Shown here: one piece after another, positions 1 to 25,040 of the stretch
How the letters are laid out: each line of letters begins with the position of its first letter
How positions within the stretch are numbered: the first letter of the stretch is position 1
DNA from: Nemertoderma westbladi
Lineage: Eukaryota; Animalia; Xenacoelomorpha
DNA length: 64,000 bases
NCBI GenBank assembly: GCA_032718475.1
Contig: JAUCBJ010005028.1
Span: 51,450-115,449 of the forward strand
Direction: 5' to 3'
The notes under the pieces: model-generated
What the model was told of the DNA's origin: nothing
Seen by the model: only the letters and a program-made list of their open reading frames with translations
Database searches by the model: none
Translations under genes and position numbers: made by a program

Positions 1-190
1 ACTGCATCACACACAGTACAGCAGTACCGGTAATACACTGTAATATGGTACAGTTATCAGAGGCAATACTGCAATAGGCTATCGGTACCGGACCATCTTG
101 CATACATCACAGCATACGGAGGGGATCTACTATCTAGGCCTATACACCCCCACCAACCCTAATACTGTCATATGATAGTGTCTGACAGTA

Positions 191-2104
191 TCAGAGTGTA
201 CTGGTCTGCCCGCTGTCGCCTGCAGGTACGATTGTATGTGTACCAAGGTGTACTAAATAAACTGGAGGTTTACAGACTCTGGGTTTAACAACTTTATGAG
301 TAATAACCCGCGGTTTGCTACCCATAAATCCAAATAATACAGACATTTTCGATAAAAATAAAAGACTTGGATGGTCTACCCTATCAATAACTTTACGATC
401 TAAATCGTTGAAGCGAATTGCCTCGAAAGTTGTTTTAACATTAACAACCTTCCACCACTTTAGAACAATTTCTATAAATAAAGCAGTATCCGCGGTGGTA
501 GAAGATAGACTGAGAATACGCAGCGCAGCTACTGTCTTCTCGTTGAATACACGCAGGCACAGTTTGACATTTTGTCGCTGTATTGAAGTCGGCCAAACCG
601 AATCGTGATTAAGTTTTGTAAGTTTCAACAAGTTGGTTTTCTCAGCATTAAATAGTAGAACAATATCTGACCAACAGGCACATCGAGTTGTTTTTGAAAC
701 ATCATCAGGATCAAAAAATTCAAGTTTCTGTAATTTTTCCGTTATCCAGTTATTTCTAATCAATTTAAGGAGATGCACGGTATCCTTCAGGTGTAATAAC
801 GGGGTTGGCGGGGATCGTCCAACCGGAATAGGAAAATCGTGCGCAAACTTACGATTCACATTAGTGTTGTCAGTAATAGTTGCCAATACAATACCCCCAA
901 ATTCTTCGATCGAATTAATGGCATTCTTTACAACGGTCACTTGGAATGCAGAATCTAGCGAATTAATTGGTATCATTTTTACAACAAACTTGATGTTCGT
1001 GAACAAAAACTTCACCATGAGACACAAAAGAGTCTTCGCCATTTCGTCGGGTTTGTCAAGAGCCTTGCCGTAAACCTCTCCACTGTGGTAGGTCAATTGT
1101 TCACTAACATAGACTTCATCGATTAATATAATTGAGTACTTTGATCGAGGTTGAAGTTTCGCTAACATTGATTTAATGTAATCGTTTTGAGGGACATTGC
1201 TCACCATAGAAGTTAGCGCTTGCAGGGTGCGTATTGACGGCAGTTGTAGCAAGTCTCTCAATTCAATGTATAATCGACGAGATTTAGAATACAAGTGAAA
1301 CGCGGTAATTAAATCATACCTCGAATAAATTCGACGATTTTTCGGAATATTAAGTAATTCTATTTGATGAAGGATAAAGTTCCATTTGGAACGATTAGTT
1401 TCATCATCTTCTTTCTCTTCCTGGTCATGTTTAATAAATCGTATGAGTTCCTCAAGCTCACTCCACATAAGGATATTTCGAATAAATGGATGTATAACCT
1501 TCCTTAATCCATAGAAACATCTGAGATTGGCAGATTCTATATTTGTAGCTGTAGGTAAAGCATTCAAGTGGAGAGACCATAAGGCATAGGGGGTATCAAG
1601 GTTTCTTTCTATACTAGATATATAAAATACGTCGTCATGTAATGTAATATCGGCAACGTCAGAGTAGCGCTTGGAAAACTCACCCAAGAATGTGGGGAAT
1701 GTAATTGAATCGCGTTGTTTAAACTCAAGCATTTCATCTACCCCAGGAGACCGCACTTCGACTGTAGTCTTTGTAGAACTTGGTCGGGGAGGCGGTGGTG
1801 GCGTGGGTATGCAGGTTGGCGGAACGTTCGGAAATATGCTGGGAGGATGTATCGGCACTCTGGATCCCCCCTGCACGCCTTTAGTTTCTACACCAGGCGG
1901 CCAATGCACTGAACAGATTCCCATATTTTTTGTAACATCTTCTGGCTTAACGATATTCGGTAGGCGTTGCAACCAGGCTTGCAATGCAAGTGGATCAGTT
2001 GGAAAGCGATATATTGGAATTTTTGTCTCCCCTGCTCCTAGAGTTCCATCCTTGAGTTTATCGTATCCAGTTCGGCAACCTCCAACACTACATTTCCTCG
2101 GCAT
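191..2104 (-). CDS. THAP-domain P-element/THAP9-like transposase (C-terminus probably spliced or beyond the window)
   Basis: The N-terminal THAP finger (CSVGGC...FP...W...ICSVHW...P) is followed by LPSIRTL, ILIDEVYV, TDN, DTVHLLKLIRNNW and QNVKL motifs of P-element transposases. The last ~35 aa look like intron read-through. Confidence 0.88.
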   Translation of the reverse strand: MPRKCSVGGCRTGYDKLKDGTLGAGETKIPIYRFPTDPLALQAWLQRLPNIVKPEDVTKNMGICSVHWPPGVETKGVQGGSRVPIHPPSIFPNVPPTCIPTPPPPPRPSSTKTTVEVRSPGVDEMLEFKQRDSITFPTFLGEFSKRYSDVADITLHDDVFYISSIERNLDTPYALWSLHLNALPTATNIESANLRCFYGLRKVIHPFIRNILMWSELEELIRFIKHDQEEKEDDETNRSKWNFILHQIELLNIPKNRRIYSRYDLITAFHLYSKSRRLYIELRDLLQLPSIRTLQALTSMVSNVPQNDYIKSMLAKLQPRSKYSIILIDEVYVSEQLTYHSGEVYGKALDKPDEMAKTLLCLMVKFLFTNIKFVVKMIPINSLDSAFQVTVVKNAINSIEEFGGIVLATITDNTNVNRKFAHDFPIPVGRSPPTPLLHLKDTVHLLKLIRNNWITEKLQKLEFFDPDDVSKTTRCACWSDIVLLFNAEKTNLLKLTKLNHDSVWPTSIQRQNVKLCLRVFNEKTVAALRILSLSSTTADTALFIEIVLKWWKVVNVKTTFEAIRFNDLDRKVIDRVDHPSLLFLSKMSVLFGFMGSKPRVITHKVVKPRVCKPPVYLVHLGTHTIVPAGDSGQTSTL

Positions 2105-2781
2105 ATTCAATATCAACTCGGCCTTATACAATTATACAAATTGCGACAACCAGAATACAGGAATACAGCAATATCAGAATTTACTTTAAGGCAGCTAGCT
2201 ATTCAATAAGCCATGCCTACTTTCGGCCTACCCACCCCGTACCCGCTAACCTGTCTACTTTATGACTTTATTAATTAGCTAATTAGCCGCAGAACTGTTA
2301 GGCTAGGCCTATTGCTGTAATGAAACAGTAAAAGCCAGAAAGCTGAAATTCATTATACTGTTATATCAGCAACAGGTGCCTGACTGCCTGAGTACCGGTA
2401 CTGTTATACACAACAGCGCAAACTGGTACAGAGAGAGCACTGCCTGAGTGCTGCACTAGCTGATGCGTAATTTTAGTAATCTTGTGTGATTTAAAATCTT
2501 AGGTATACACACTCCCACTTTAATAAAAATGTTCAGCCTCCAATAATTGGAGGCCAATTCTCGCTGCATGACCTGTTATTTAGTACACCTTGATGTGTAC
2601 ACACCTGTAACAGTGCAACAGTAACATGCATGCCCCATTACAGCATTACTGCATTAGAGACCTACATCATTACTCTACAGCTCGAGGACTAGGCCTACTC
2701 TACGCACCGTACTGTCAGACTGTAGTTGTAGTACCAGTATGCAGTAGGGCAGTTAGGCTGTGAGTGCAGTAAGGCAGTAAG

Positions 2782-3209
2782 GTGGAAGTTAGGAAGTTCA
2801 TTCATATGATTCATTCGAGTTCTGAGGAGTCAGACGATGAGTCTGGAGATGGGATCTCCTCCTCTGATGCTGAGAACGAGCAACGCGGATCTGATTCATC
2901 TGATGATCTCTCTCCGGAAGATTCGTCTGCAGAGAACGATAGCGGGTCCCTTGTTTGGGCGAAAATGTCGAAGCAGGATAACCCATGGCCAGCGCATATA
3001 CTGGTATAGTCGCGCCTAACGCACATTTTCCTAAACCCACTAAAGGGAAATTTGGGGGCGAATACAAATATGTATACTTTTACGGAACCAAAAATTTTTC
3101 ATGGGTGAAGAATACCCCGGAATATATTCTCCCTTATATTGAGTATAAAGACAAGTTCTCTGTGCGGAAGGCCAATATCCCCGTAATGCCAATTTTATAT
3201 TGGCACTAG
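2782..3209 (+). pseudogene. Frameshifted PWWP-domain gene fragment with acidic N-terminal stretch
   Basis: Frame 1 reads LVWAKMSKQDNPWPAHI. After a shift near 3000 it continues YVYFYGTKNFSWVK...ILPYIEYKDKF, the two halves of a PWWP fold. Confidence 0.7.
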
Positions 3210-3559
3210 GCGAAATACAAAACAATGAATAATTATCATTGATTTTTAGGTGAACAACAAATGTATATCGTTGTTTAAAGTACCTACCATTACCGATACA
3301 GCTACAATAAAGTTATAGGGTATATATATTATATATATATATACGGTTATATATATATACCTTATAATATATACCTACCCATTACTGTACCATCAACAGG
3401 TTTTTAAACAATATTTTTTATTTGTATAATAATTTCAATTATTTTTTGCCAGTATTATATATTTTTAATTATTTTTTTTATTTATATTTGTACCTATATT
3501 ATACATCTATATCGTCTTATTTTTATATTTTCTAAATTGAATCATAAGCCATTTTGAAA

Positions 3560-3622
3560 CCCATTAGGCCATTTCGTGCTCATGTGCTCATTTCGTGCTC
3601 ATGTGCTCATTTCGTGCCCTTG
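3560..3622. mobile_element. Putative terminus of the P-like element (subterminal repeats, ends ...GTGCCCTTG)
   Basis: CATTTCGTGC occurs three times, then a TG end compatible with CA...TG P-type termini. The other end is outside the window. Confidence 0.4.
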
Positions 3623-4054
3623 ATTAGTATAGTTTACCTCTATAACGGGGGATATATATAAATTGCCAGTGAGTTTGTTTTTGCTGCTCATATAAATGGG
3701 AGGAGTTCAGGTTATTAAACAACGATATATATATATCTACATAAATATAGTGCTACTTGATTGTGTTTAATTATGTTGTGTTTCTTCCATAGCTGTTTTC
3801 TATAGCATTTGTGTTTCCATAGGTAATTTGAAATCTGCATATGTTCAATCTTTCTATAATAAAACTGCCCAACGTCTGTGAAAAAAGTCTGTGTTATTGT
3901 GTTTAATTATGTCACCTATATAATTGTGTTGTGTTTCCATAGCTGTTTTCTACAGCATTTGTGTTTCCACAGGTGTTTTCTATAGCATAGGTAATTTGAT
4001 ATGTGCATATGTTCAATCTTTCTATAATCAAACTGCCAAACGTCTGTGAAAAAA

Positions 4055-5565
4055 GTCTGTGTTATTCAAGAAAAATGCCATTTTTTATATTCAAACTGCC
4101 ACTTTTATTCAAGCAACATGCATTCTTTTATCAAACAAGAGGATCTCGTCCAAATAGAAAGTCCGTGTTATTCAAGAAAAATGCCATTTTTTATATTAAA
4201 CTGCCACTTTTATTCAAGCAACAGGCATTCTTTTATCAAACAAGAGGATCTCGTCCAAATAGAAAGTCCGTGTTATTCAAGAAAAATGCCATTTTTTATA
4301 TTAAACTGCCACTTTTATTCAAGCAACATGCATTCTTTTATCAAACAAGAGGATCTCGTCCAAATAGAAAGTCCGTGTTATTCAAGAAAAATGCCATTTT
4401 TTATATTAAACTGCCACTTTTATTCAAGCAACAGGCATTCTTTTATCAAACAAGAGGATCTCGTCCAAATAGAAAGTCCGTGTTATTCAAGAAAAATGCC
4501 ATTTTTTTATATTAAACTGCCACTTTTATTCAAGCAACATGCATTCTTTTATCAAACAAGAGGATCTCGTCCAAATAGAAAGTCCGTGTTATTCAAGAAA
4601 AATGCCATTTTTTATATTAAACTGCCACTTTTATTCAAGCAACAGGCATTCTTTTATCAAACAAGAGGATCTCGTCCAAATAGCAAGTCCGTGTTATTCA
4701 AGAAAAATGCCATTTTTTATATTAAACTGCCACTTTTATTCAAGCAACAGGCATTCTTTTATCAAACAAGAGGATCTCGTCCAAATAGAAAGTCCGTGTT
4801 ATTCAAGAAAAATGCCATTTTTTTTATATTAAACTGCCACTTTTATTCAAGCAACATGCATTCTTTTATCAAACAAGAGGATCTCGTCCAAATAGAAAGT
4901 CCGTGTTATTCAAGAAAAATGCCATTTTTTATATTAAACTGCCACTTTTATTCAAGCAACAGGCATTCTTTTATCAAACAAGAGGATCTCGTCCAAATAG
5001 AAAGTCCGTGTTATTCAAGAAAAATGCCGTTTTTTTTTATATTAAACTGCCACTTTTATTCAAGCAACAGGCATTCTTTTATCAAACAAGAGGATCTCGT
5101 CCAAATAGAAAGTCCGTGTTATTCAAGAAAAATGCCGTTTTTTTTTATATTAAACTGCCACTTTTATTCAAGCAACAGGCATTCTTTTATCAAACAAGAG
5201 GATCTCGTCCAAATAGCAAGTCCGTGTTATTCAAGAAAAATGCCATTTTTTATATTAAACTGCCACTTTTATTCAAGCAACAGGCATTCTTTTATCAAAC
5301 AAGAGGATCTCGTCCAAATAGAAAGTCCGTGTTATTCAAGAAAAATGCCGTTTTTTTTTATATTAAACTGCCACTTTTATTCAAGCAACATGCATTCTTT
5401 TATCAAACAAGAGGATCTCGTCCAAATAGAAAGTCTGTGTTATTCAAGAAAAATGCCATTTTTTATATTAAACTGCCACTTTTATTCAAGCAACTTGCAT
5501 TCTTTTATCAAACAAGAGGATCTCGTCCAAATAGAAAGTCCGTGTTATTCAAGAAAAAGGCCATC
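4055..5565. repeat. ~105-bp tandem satellite, ~14 copies
   Basis: The unit TTATTCAAGAAAAATGCC...GGATCTCGTCCAAATAGAAAGTCCGTG gives a 35-aa periodicity in the ORF track. Confidence 0.95.
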
Positions 5566-5756
5566 TTATAAAAATTAAACAACCACTTATTAATTTTATA
5601 ACTGCAGGTTTGATAAGCCTAATAAGTGTTAGTTTATTTGAAATTTTTTAACCGCAGGTTTTCCAAAAAAGCGCCTCGTTCTGGTGTTGCACTTTAAGCG
5701 CAACTTTTTTGGAAAACCGGTGGTTTTTTAGTAAAAAAACGCCAGTTACTTCTTTC

Positions 5757-6229
5757 AGTGTAGTTACCTTCCCGTTCTCAGTTAGTTAGTTACCTCCCCC
5801 TTCCCGTTCTCAGATAGTTACCTTCCCGTTCTCAGTTAGTTAGTTACCTTCCCCTTCCCGTTCTCAGTTAGTTACCTTCCCGTTCTCAGTTAGTTAGTTA
5901 CCTTCCCGTTCTCAGTTAGTTACATTCCCGTTCTCAGTTAGTTACCTTCCCGTTCTCAGTTAGTTAGTTACCTTCCCGTTCTCAGATAGTTACCTTCCCG
6001 TTCTCAGTTAGTTAGTTACCTTCCCCTTCCCGTTCTCAGTTAGTTACCTTCCCGTTCTCAGTTAGTTAGTTACCTTCCCGTTCTCAGTTAGTTACCTTCC
6101 CGTTCTCAGTTAGTTACCTTCCCGTTCTCAAGTAGTTAGTTACCTTCCCGTTCTCAGTTAGTTACCTTCCCGTTCTCAGTTAGTTAGTTACCTTCCCCTT
6201 CCCGTTTTCAGTTATAGTTACCTTTCCGT
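5757..6229. repeat. 21-30-bp minisatellite (GTTACCTTCCCGTTCTCAGTTA) ending just upstream of a BiP acceptor
   Basis: Directly visible tandem units. Confidence 0.95.
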
Positions 6230-6263
6230 TTATCTTATTTCTCCCATTTTTATTATACCGCAG

Positions 6264-19108
<12,845 letters not shown>

Positions 19109-19611
19109 AAACCGAATCAACTAACAACCGAGGAACGTCGATATATTAATAAATAGACCTTTTTTGCAATTTTTGTTAACGTCTAAATAGCGGTTCTTTG
19201 AGTGTTTGTAACTTCGTGGTTTTTAGTGGCAGTTTAGTATCAGTTCTGTACTCTGTAACCGTCCGTGTCCGACACCTGTCTCGTACATTTTGGGTCTGTC
19301 TTTGTTTACAACAGTTTTTTTTTTGAATTATAAAATGACCAAATCATTCCTGTGAGACTGATCCCTACTGGTATCTGTAACTAATGGTTGTGGCTAACAT
19401 TTGTGCTCCTATAGACAACAAATAATTAGATTTAATACCCTAATTAATTATTATAGTTCGTTCATGTTAGAGTAATTATTATTTTAATTTGTAACTTTAA
19501 GTGACAGAACATCTATAATATAATCACTATTTCTAAAAGTTGAAAGGATCTCATATGAAGGGTGTGTGTAATAAATAAATAGATTTGTAATTAAATTAAT
19601 ATTTCAATTTT

Positions 19612-19790
19612 TCAATTGGAAGTGGGAGGGGCGAGAAGAAGGAAGTCCGATTGGAAGTGGGGAGGGACGGGAATATTGGAAGTCAGATTGGAAGTGGGAG
19701 GGACGGGAATATTGGAAGTCAGATTGGAAGTGGGAGGGACGGGAATATTGGAAGTCAGGTTGGAAGTGGGAGGGACGGGAATATTGGAAG
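19612..19790. repeat. ~36-bp purine-rich minisatellite, short array
   Basis: GGAAGTCAGATTGGAAGTGGGAGGGACGGGAATATT units. Confidence 0.9.
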
Positions 19791-20493
19791 GTCAAAATAA
19801 AATCACCGGCTGACCGGGGGGGGGGGCATTCTGCGCGGTAGGGGGCCATATGGCGCTAGGCCTATGTGACCCGGGCATTTGGGGCTAGGCAAATATGCCC
19901 CCTGGGCATTCCGCGCAGGGGGACATTTTCGCCTGTGACACCGGTACTAGTAAATAACATAATGCTGTAATGCACTACAGTAAACGTCAAGATACAGCAG
20001 GGATTCCTGGATTCTATCTGACACTACAGCAGATCTACTGCTCTAGGCTGCTCTGCTAGGCCGTGTGCGTATTGCTGTATTGCAATAATGCTGTCTTTAG
20101 TCTGTTTACTGGTTTAGGCCTACGACGACCACCGGTAGAAAACCCGTCAAGCAGACCCGGACGCGTCAAGCGTCAAAAGCAATAAGAGAGAGCTGAATTT
20201 GTAAACAATTTCGAAACTATAATTATTGTTTTGTTATAATTAAAACATTATAATAATAATTATCATGATTTAATTATACTCACTGTCTGTCGCCAGGTGT
20301 TTTGCTATAGTCGACCCCCCCCCCCCCCATACCTTCTCCTTCAATCCAACAGCTTTACTGTTATACGACATACGCGGGTAACTTCTTGTCAATATAATAC
20401 TCAATGTTGCTGTACCAGCACTATAATTTTCTTCTTCTTGATCCATTTTCAGCCTAGCAGTCTATCACACACACAGTCCAGCAACAAGAAATA

Positions 20494-20891
20494 CTTTGAT
20501 TTATGAGGAAGAAATTAAAATACTATACCGGTACCGGTTATAAATTATTAACAACTATCAGCAACTAAGATGATCTACGATTAATTATTTAGGTGTCTAA
20601 TACTACTGTCGACATGCTGCATTGCAGCTGCATTATATAAATATATAGAATAAGAATGATATGTCAGCTTGTCATAGATTATATGAATTTCAGAGGCGTC
20701 TCAAGAAAGTTATGGAGTGTCCACCAAGTATATTATTCTCTCCATGAGGCTGGGCCGCCATAGCACATGGCAGGTGCCTCCCGTGCATTGGTTGACCCTC
20801 ACGGTGACTTCTCACACCACTTATTGTACTCAAATATACATAAATAAGTCATTGTGTACATAAATATATGGACATATATGTTTAGATGGAC
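20494..20891. repeat. ~400-bp direct repeat, copy 1 (copy 2 at 26147-26548)
   Basis: Near-identical sequence from CTTTGATTTATGAGGAAG to ATGGAC. Confidence 0.9.
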
Positions 20892-22210
20892 GGGAATATT
20901 GGAAGTCCGATTGGAAGTGGGAGGGACGGGAATATTGGAAGTCAGATTGGAAGTGGGAGGGGCGAGAAGACGGAAGTCCGATTGGAAGTGGGGAGGGACG
21001 GGAATATTGGAAGTCAGATTGGAAGTGGGAGGGACGGGAATATTGGAAGTCAGATTGGAAGTGGGAGGGGCGAGAAGAAGGAAGTCCGATTGGAAGTGGG
21101 ATGGACGGGAAGATGGAAGTCCGATTGGAAGTGGGAGGGACGGGAATATTGGAAGTCCGATTGGAAGTGGTAGGGATGGGAAGATGGAAGTCAGATAGGA
21201 AGTGGGAGGGACGGGAATATTGGAAGTCAGATTGGAAGTGGGAGGGACGGGAAAATGGAAGTCCAATTGGAAGTGGGAGGGACGGGAAAATGGAAGTCCG
21301 ATTGGAAGTGGGAGGGACGGGAATATTGGAAGTCCGATTGGAAGTGGTAGGGATGGGAAGATGGAAGTCAGATAGGAAGTGGGAGGGACGGGAATATTGG
21401 AAGTCAGATTGGAAGTGGGAGGGACGGGAATATTGGAAGTCAGATTGGAAGTGGGATGGACGGGAAGATGGAAGTCCGATTGGAAGTGGGAGGGACGGGA
21501 ATATTGGAAGTCCGATTGGAAGTGGTAGGGATGGGAAGATGGAAGTCAGATAGGAAGTGGGAGGGACGGGAATATTGGAAGTCAGATTGGAAGTGGGAGG
21601 GACGGGAAGATGGAAGTCAGATTGGAAGTGGGATGGACGGGAAGATGGAAGTCCGATTGGAAGTGGGAGGGACGGGAATATTGGAAGTCCGATTGGAAGT
21701 GGTAGGGATGGGAAGATGGAAGTCAGATAGGAAGTGGGAGGGACGGGAATATTGGAAGTCAGATTGGAAGTGGGAGGGACGGGAAAATGGAAGTCCAATT
21801 GGAAGTGGGAGGGACGGGAAAATGGAAGTCCGATTGGAAGTGGGAGGGACGGGAAGATGTAAGTCCGATTGGAAGTAGGATGGACGGGAAGATGTAAGTC
21901 CGTTTGGAGATGGGATGGGCGGGAAGATGGAAGTCAGATTGGAAGTGGGAGGGACGGGAATATTGGAAGTCCGATTGGAAGTGGTAGGGATGGGAAAATG
22001 GAAGTCCGATTGGAAGTGGGAGGGACGGGAAGATGTAAGTCCGTTTGGAGATGGGATGGACGGGAAGATAGAAGTCCGATTGGAAGTGGGAGGGACGGGA
22101 AGATGTAAGTCCGATTGGAAGTGGGAGGGACGGGAAGATGTAAGTCCGTTTGGAGATGGGATGGATTGGAAGTGGAAGGGACGGGAAGATGGAAGTTAGA
22201 TTGGAAGTGG
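20886..22210. repeat. ~35-36-bp purine-rich minisatellite, long array (same family as 19612-19790)
   Basis: Directly visible tandem units. Confidence 0.93.
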
Positions 22211-24089
22211 ACCGGTACACAAAGTACAGTAGACCCCTATATGACAAATATATTTATATTAGCAAAGTACTACTTTGCAACGTTGCGTCCTATAAAACGG
22301 AACGATGCAAAGTATTCACTAAATTAGTAACAATAAACTTCTAGAACACATCTTGTGTAATGTGTAATCCCCTTTGATAAAAGCCAAAGTATGCTAAGTG
22401 TAAGATTATTTACCCTACAGATGCTACAGTAACTGCAATGAATTGAACGACGTCCGGAAGATAATGTCGTTTACATTGGTGTAGGCCTATATAGTAAATG
22501 TTTTGGGTGATTTTGGCAAGAAATTTATTGTGATCAATAATCCGTCGATCTCATGCCCAGCTTACATTGTTGAGGATTTTGTGTAATTAGCAATACACAG
22601 ATTCTAACCCGACAAAAGGTTGTATAAATTTCGCACTGTTGCGTTAGACATTAGTGCTTACTCCAACCCAGCGTTATAATGGGAAACACTGGCTTTGCAG
22701 AGAACAAAATAATGCAGGCGCTCTGCAGGCGCCTGCAAATAATAAATGTTAAATTTATTGAATTAATTTTTAAAATTTATTTAACTGTACAAAACTTCAC
22801 TAGAGTAGGTTGCTCCCATTGGAATAATAATGAGTAAAAGCTTTCTGGAAAACATCCTGTGGGAACGAGAATCGTATTTCATATAATCATCATCAGCCAT
22901 CATGTAAAATCATCAGCCGGATTATTGATGCCAACAACTTTACCAACCAGAATCAGATAAAACATTTACTATATACTTCCATACAAGGAATATAATTAGG
23001 GGGGTGGGCGGTTGCAAATTTTTGAAACCATTGAAAAGTAATTCGAGAACAAGGAATTAACTACTTTTTGTTATTATTTCGCGTGACACTTGCCCTTATT
23101 CAATACTGTCAATACTACAGGCCAAGCAACCGGAAATTTTAATTAAATTAAATTTATTTAAATTACTAGCTAACTTGAGTTTCTGTGAAAACTATAAAAA
23201 CATATTTATTCAAATATTTGTTCCTACAAGACTAATCCAGAAATTGAATGCAGTTTATATATTCTAGAACGTAAGCTTATGTCAAATTTTGGCTTTAGAG
23301 CTAATTAATTTTGCGGATTAAACAGTCGGACAAAAAATGTTAAATCCTTTTCGTAAGAAATAGTTAATACTTGAAAAGAAACTTACAATAATTGTTATAC
23401 AAATAATTACCTGTTAGTCAATTAAAATGCAAAAATCCAACACTAGCTAATGTAATATTTCCATAACATTAGCTAATGTTATTTTGCATTACAAAATCAT
23501 TAAATTTTTATCAAATGCTTTCATTTTCATAATAACATGAAATTCCCTGTGTGTTTACTATGTAATTTTGACAACTTTGGAATTTTGGCTGCATTGCCTA
23601 TAGTAAAGAACACCTTGCCTTATTTTATTTAAGAACTAAAATATAACTTTAACCTTAATATAATAACTTTCTTAACTTATTTCCTACAGCAGCCGTTAAA
23701 ATTGTATAAACAGCACTACGGGAACCTAACAAGAACCTCAACCGGTTATATTTCTAGTTTTTTCTTTTTTTTTAAATATCATCTGCGGATATCATATAAT
23801 CATATGCGGATATCACTTTAAAATAAAAAATCCGACCAGGCCAACAGTATGTGTGTCGAACTCCCATCACCACCATATCAAATTTAGTAGCATTTATTAT
23901 TGAAATTTGAAAACTAATCGAAGGATGTTTGGGGGGTCTGTTAGTTAAATAAAAGTTGTTATATTAATGGCTATGGTATTGGTGTGTCCCGTACTAAAGT
24001 TTTTTTTAATGTATTAAAATATCTTGTTAATTTGGAATTTTCATAGACTATAAGGCGATAGGCCCCCAACTATTCCGTTTGTACTAAGA

Positions 24090-25040
24090 ATGGCGGTTTC
24101 CCCAGACGCCCAGAATAGAGAATCTCCTGGAACTGTTGCTAATTCGCTTTACCCAAAGGATAATTACGCCTCTGTAAGTCAAACGAGCGTCTATTACCCT
24201 GCCACAAATGTGGCGGGTTACCCAACCACAAACCCGACTGGATACCCAACCATGAACGCGATGGGTTACCCACCTTCACCGCATATGGGTTACCCACCCT
24301 CACCTCCTATGGGTCCTCCAGACAGAAATCCGATGGGTCTCCCAGACACACTCTCGGCGAGCAACTCATTCGAAGACTTTGCAATTCTCAGCGGATTCTT
24401 TCGACGAGTCTATGGAATCCTCTTCTTAGAATTTCTGGTTGTCAGTCTCATTGTTTTTGCCTTTTTCTACGACGTCGAACTAGAAACGTTTATAGTGAGT
24501 TATCCAGCATTAATGGTGGTTGCAATAATTATTTATATTGTGCTGGTTGAAATGACATTTATGTGCTCCTTGGGGCGATATAGAGCGTACTTTCTTATCG
24601 ATAGGATAGTCCTGGTTATCCTGGCGCTAATTTTAGGATTTTCATTGGGTTTCGTCTGCCCCTGGGCCAAGGAAGGTGTGTTAGTTGCGCCTGTTACTGT
24701 CGCCGTTACCACCTTCTCAATATTGATATTCGCTTTTCAAACCAAAATCAAATTGTCGGGGATCGGGCCTTTCATACTCGTTGGATTTATCATACTGATT
24801 CAATTTGCAATATTTGTAATATTTTTCGGAGTGGATAAGTTATACATGATCGCCTACGGATGCATCGCCGCCTTTATCTATTGTATTTATCTAGTTCTCG
24901 ATACACAACTCATGGTGTTGGGCAGCCACCCAATCACAGTGAAACCGGATGACTACTTGAGCGCATCCATAAACCTTAACGTTGATATTTTTGCCGTTTT
25001 GTTCTACTACGTATTTGAAAAATGTGCACGTTCCAAATGA
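24090..25040 (+). CDS. Lifeguard/TMBIM (Bax inhibitor-1 family) membrane protein, intronless
   Basis: GYPP-rich N-terminus, FFRRVYGIL (cf. FIRKVYxIL), multiple TM helices, FAFQTK, YLVLDTQL and DDYLSASINLNVDI. Confidence 0.88.
   Translation: MAVSPDAQNRESPGTVANSLYPKDNYASVSQTSVYYPATNVAGYPTTNPTGYPTMNAMGYPPSPHMGYPPSPPMGPPDRNPMGLPDTLSASNSFEDFAILSGFFRRVYGILFLEFLVVSLIVFAFFYDVELETFIVSYPALMVVAIIIYIVLVEMTFMCSLGRYRAYFLIDRIVLVILALILGFSLGFVCPWAKEGVLVAPVTVAVTTFSILIFAFQTKIKLSGIGPFILVGFIILIQFAIFVIFFGVDKLYMIAYGCIAAFIYCIYLVLDTQLMVLGSHPITVKPDDYLSASINLNVDIFAVLFYYVFEKCARSK

Noticed and set aside
4003-5578. Repetitive 510-aa ORF
   Set aside because: Translation of a 105-bp satellite; frames switch with poly-T length.
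20742-20815. HDV-like ribozyme (TGC-CTCCCGT-GCA resembles P3/L3)
   Set aside because: No convincing P1 or P2 pairing and no J4/2 motif.
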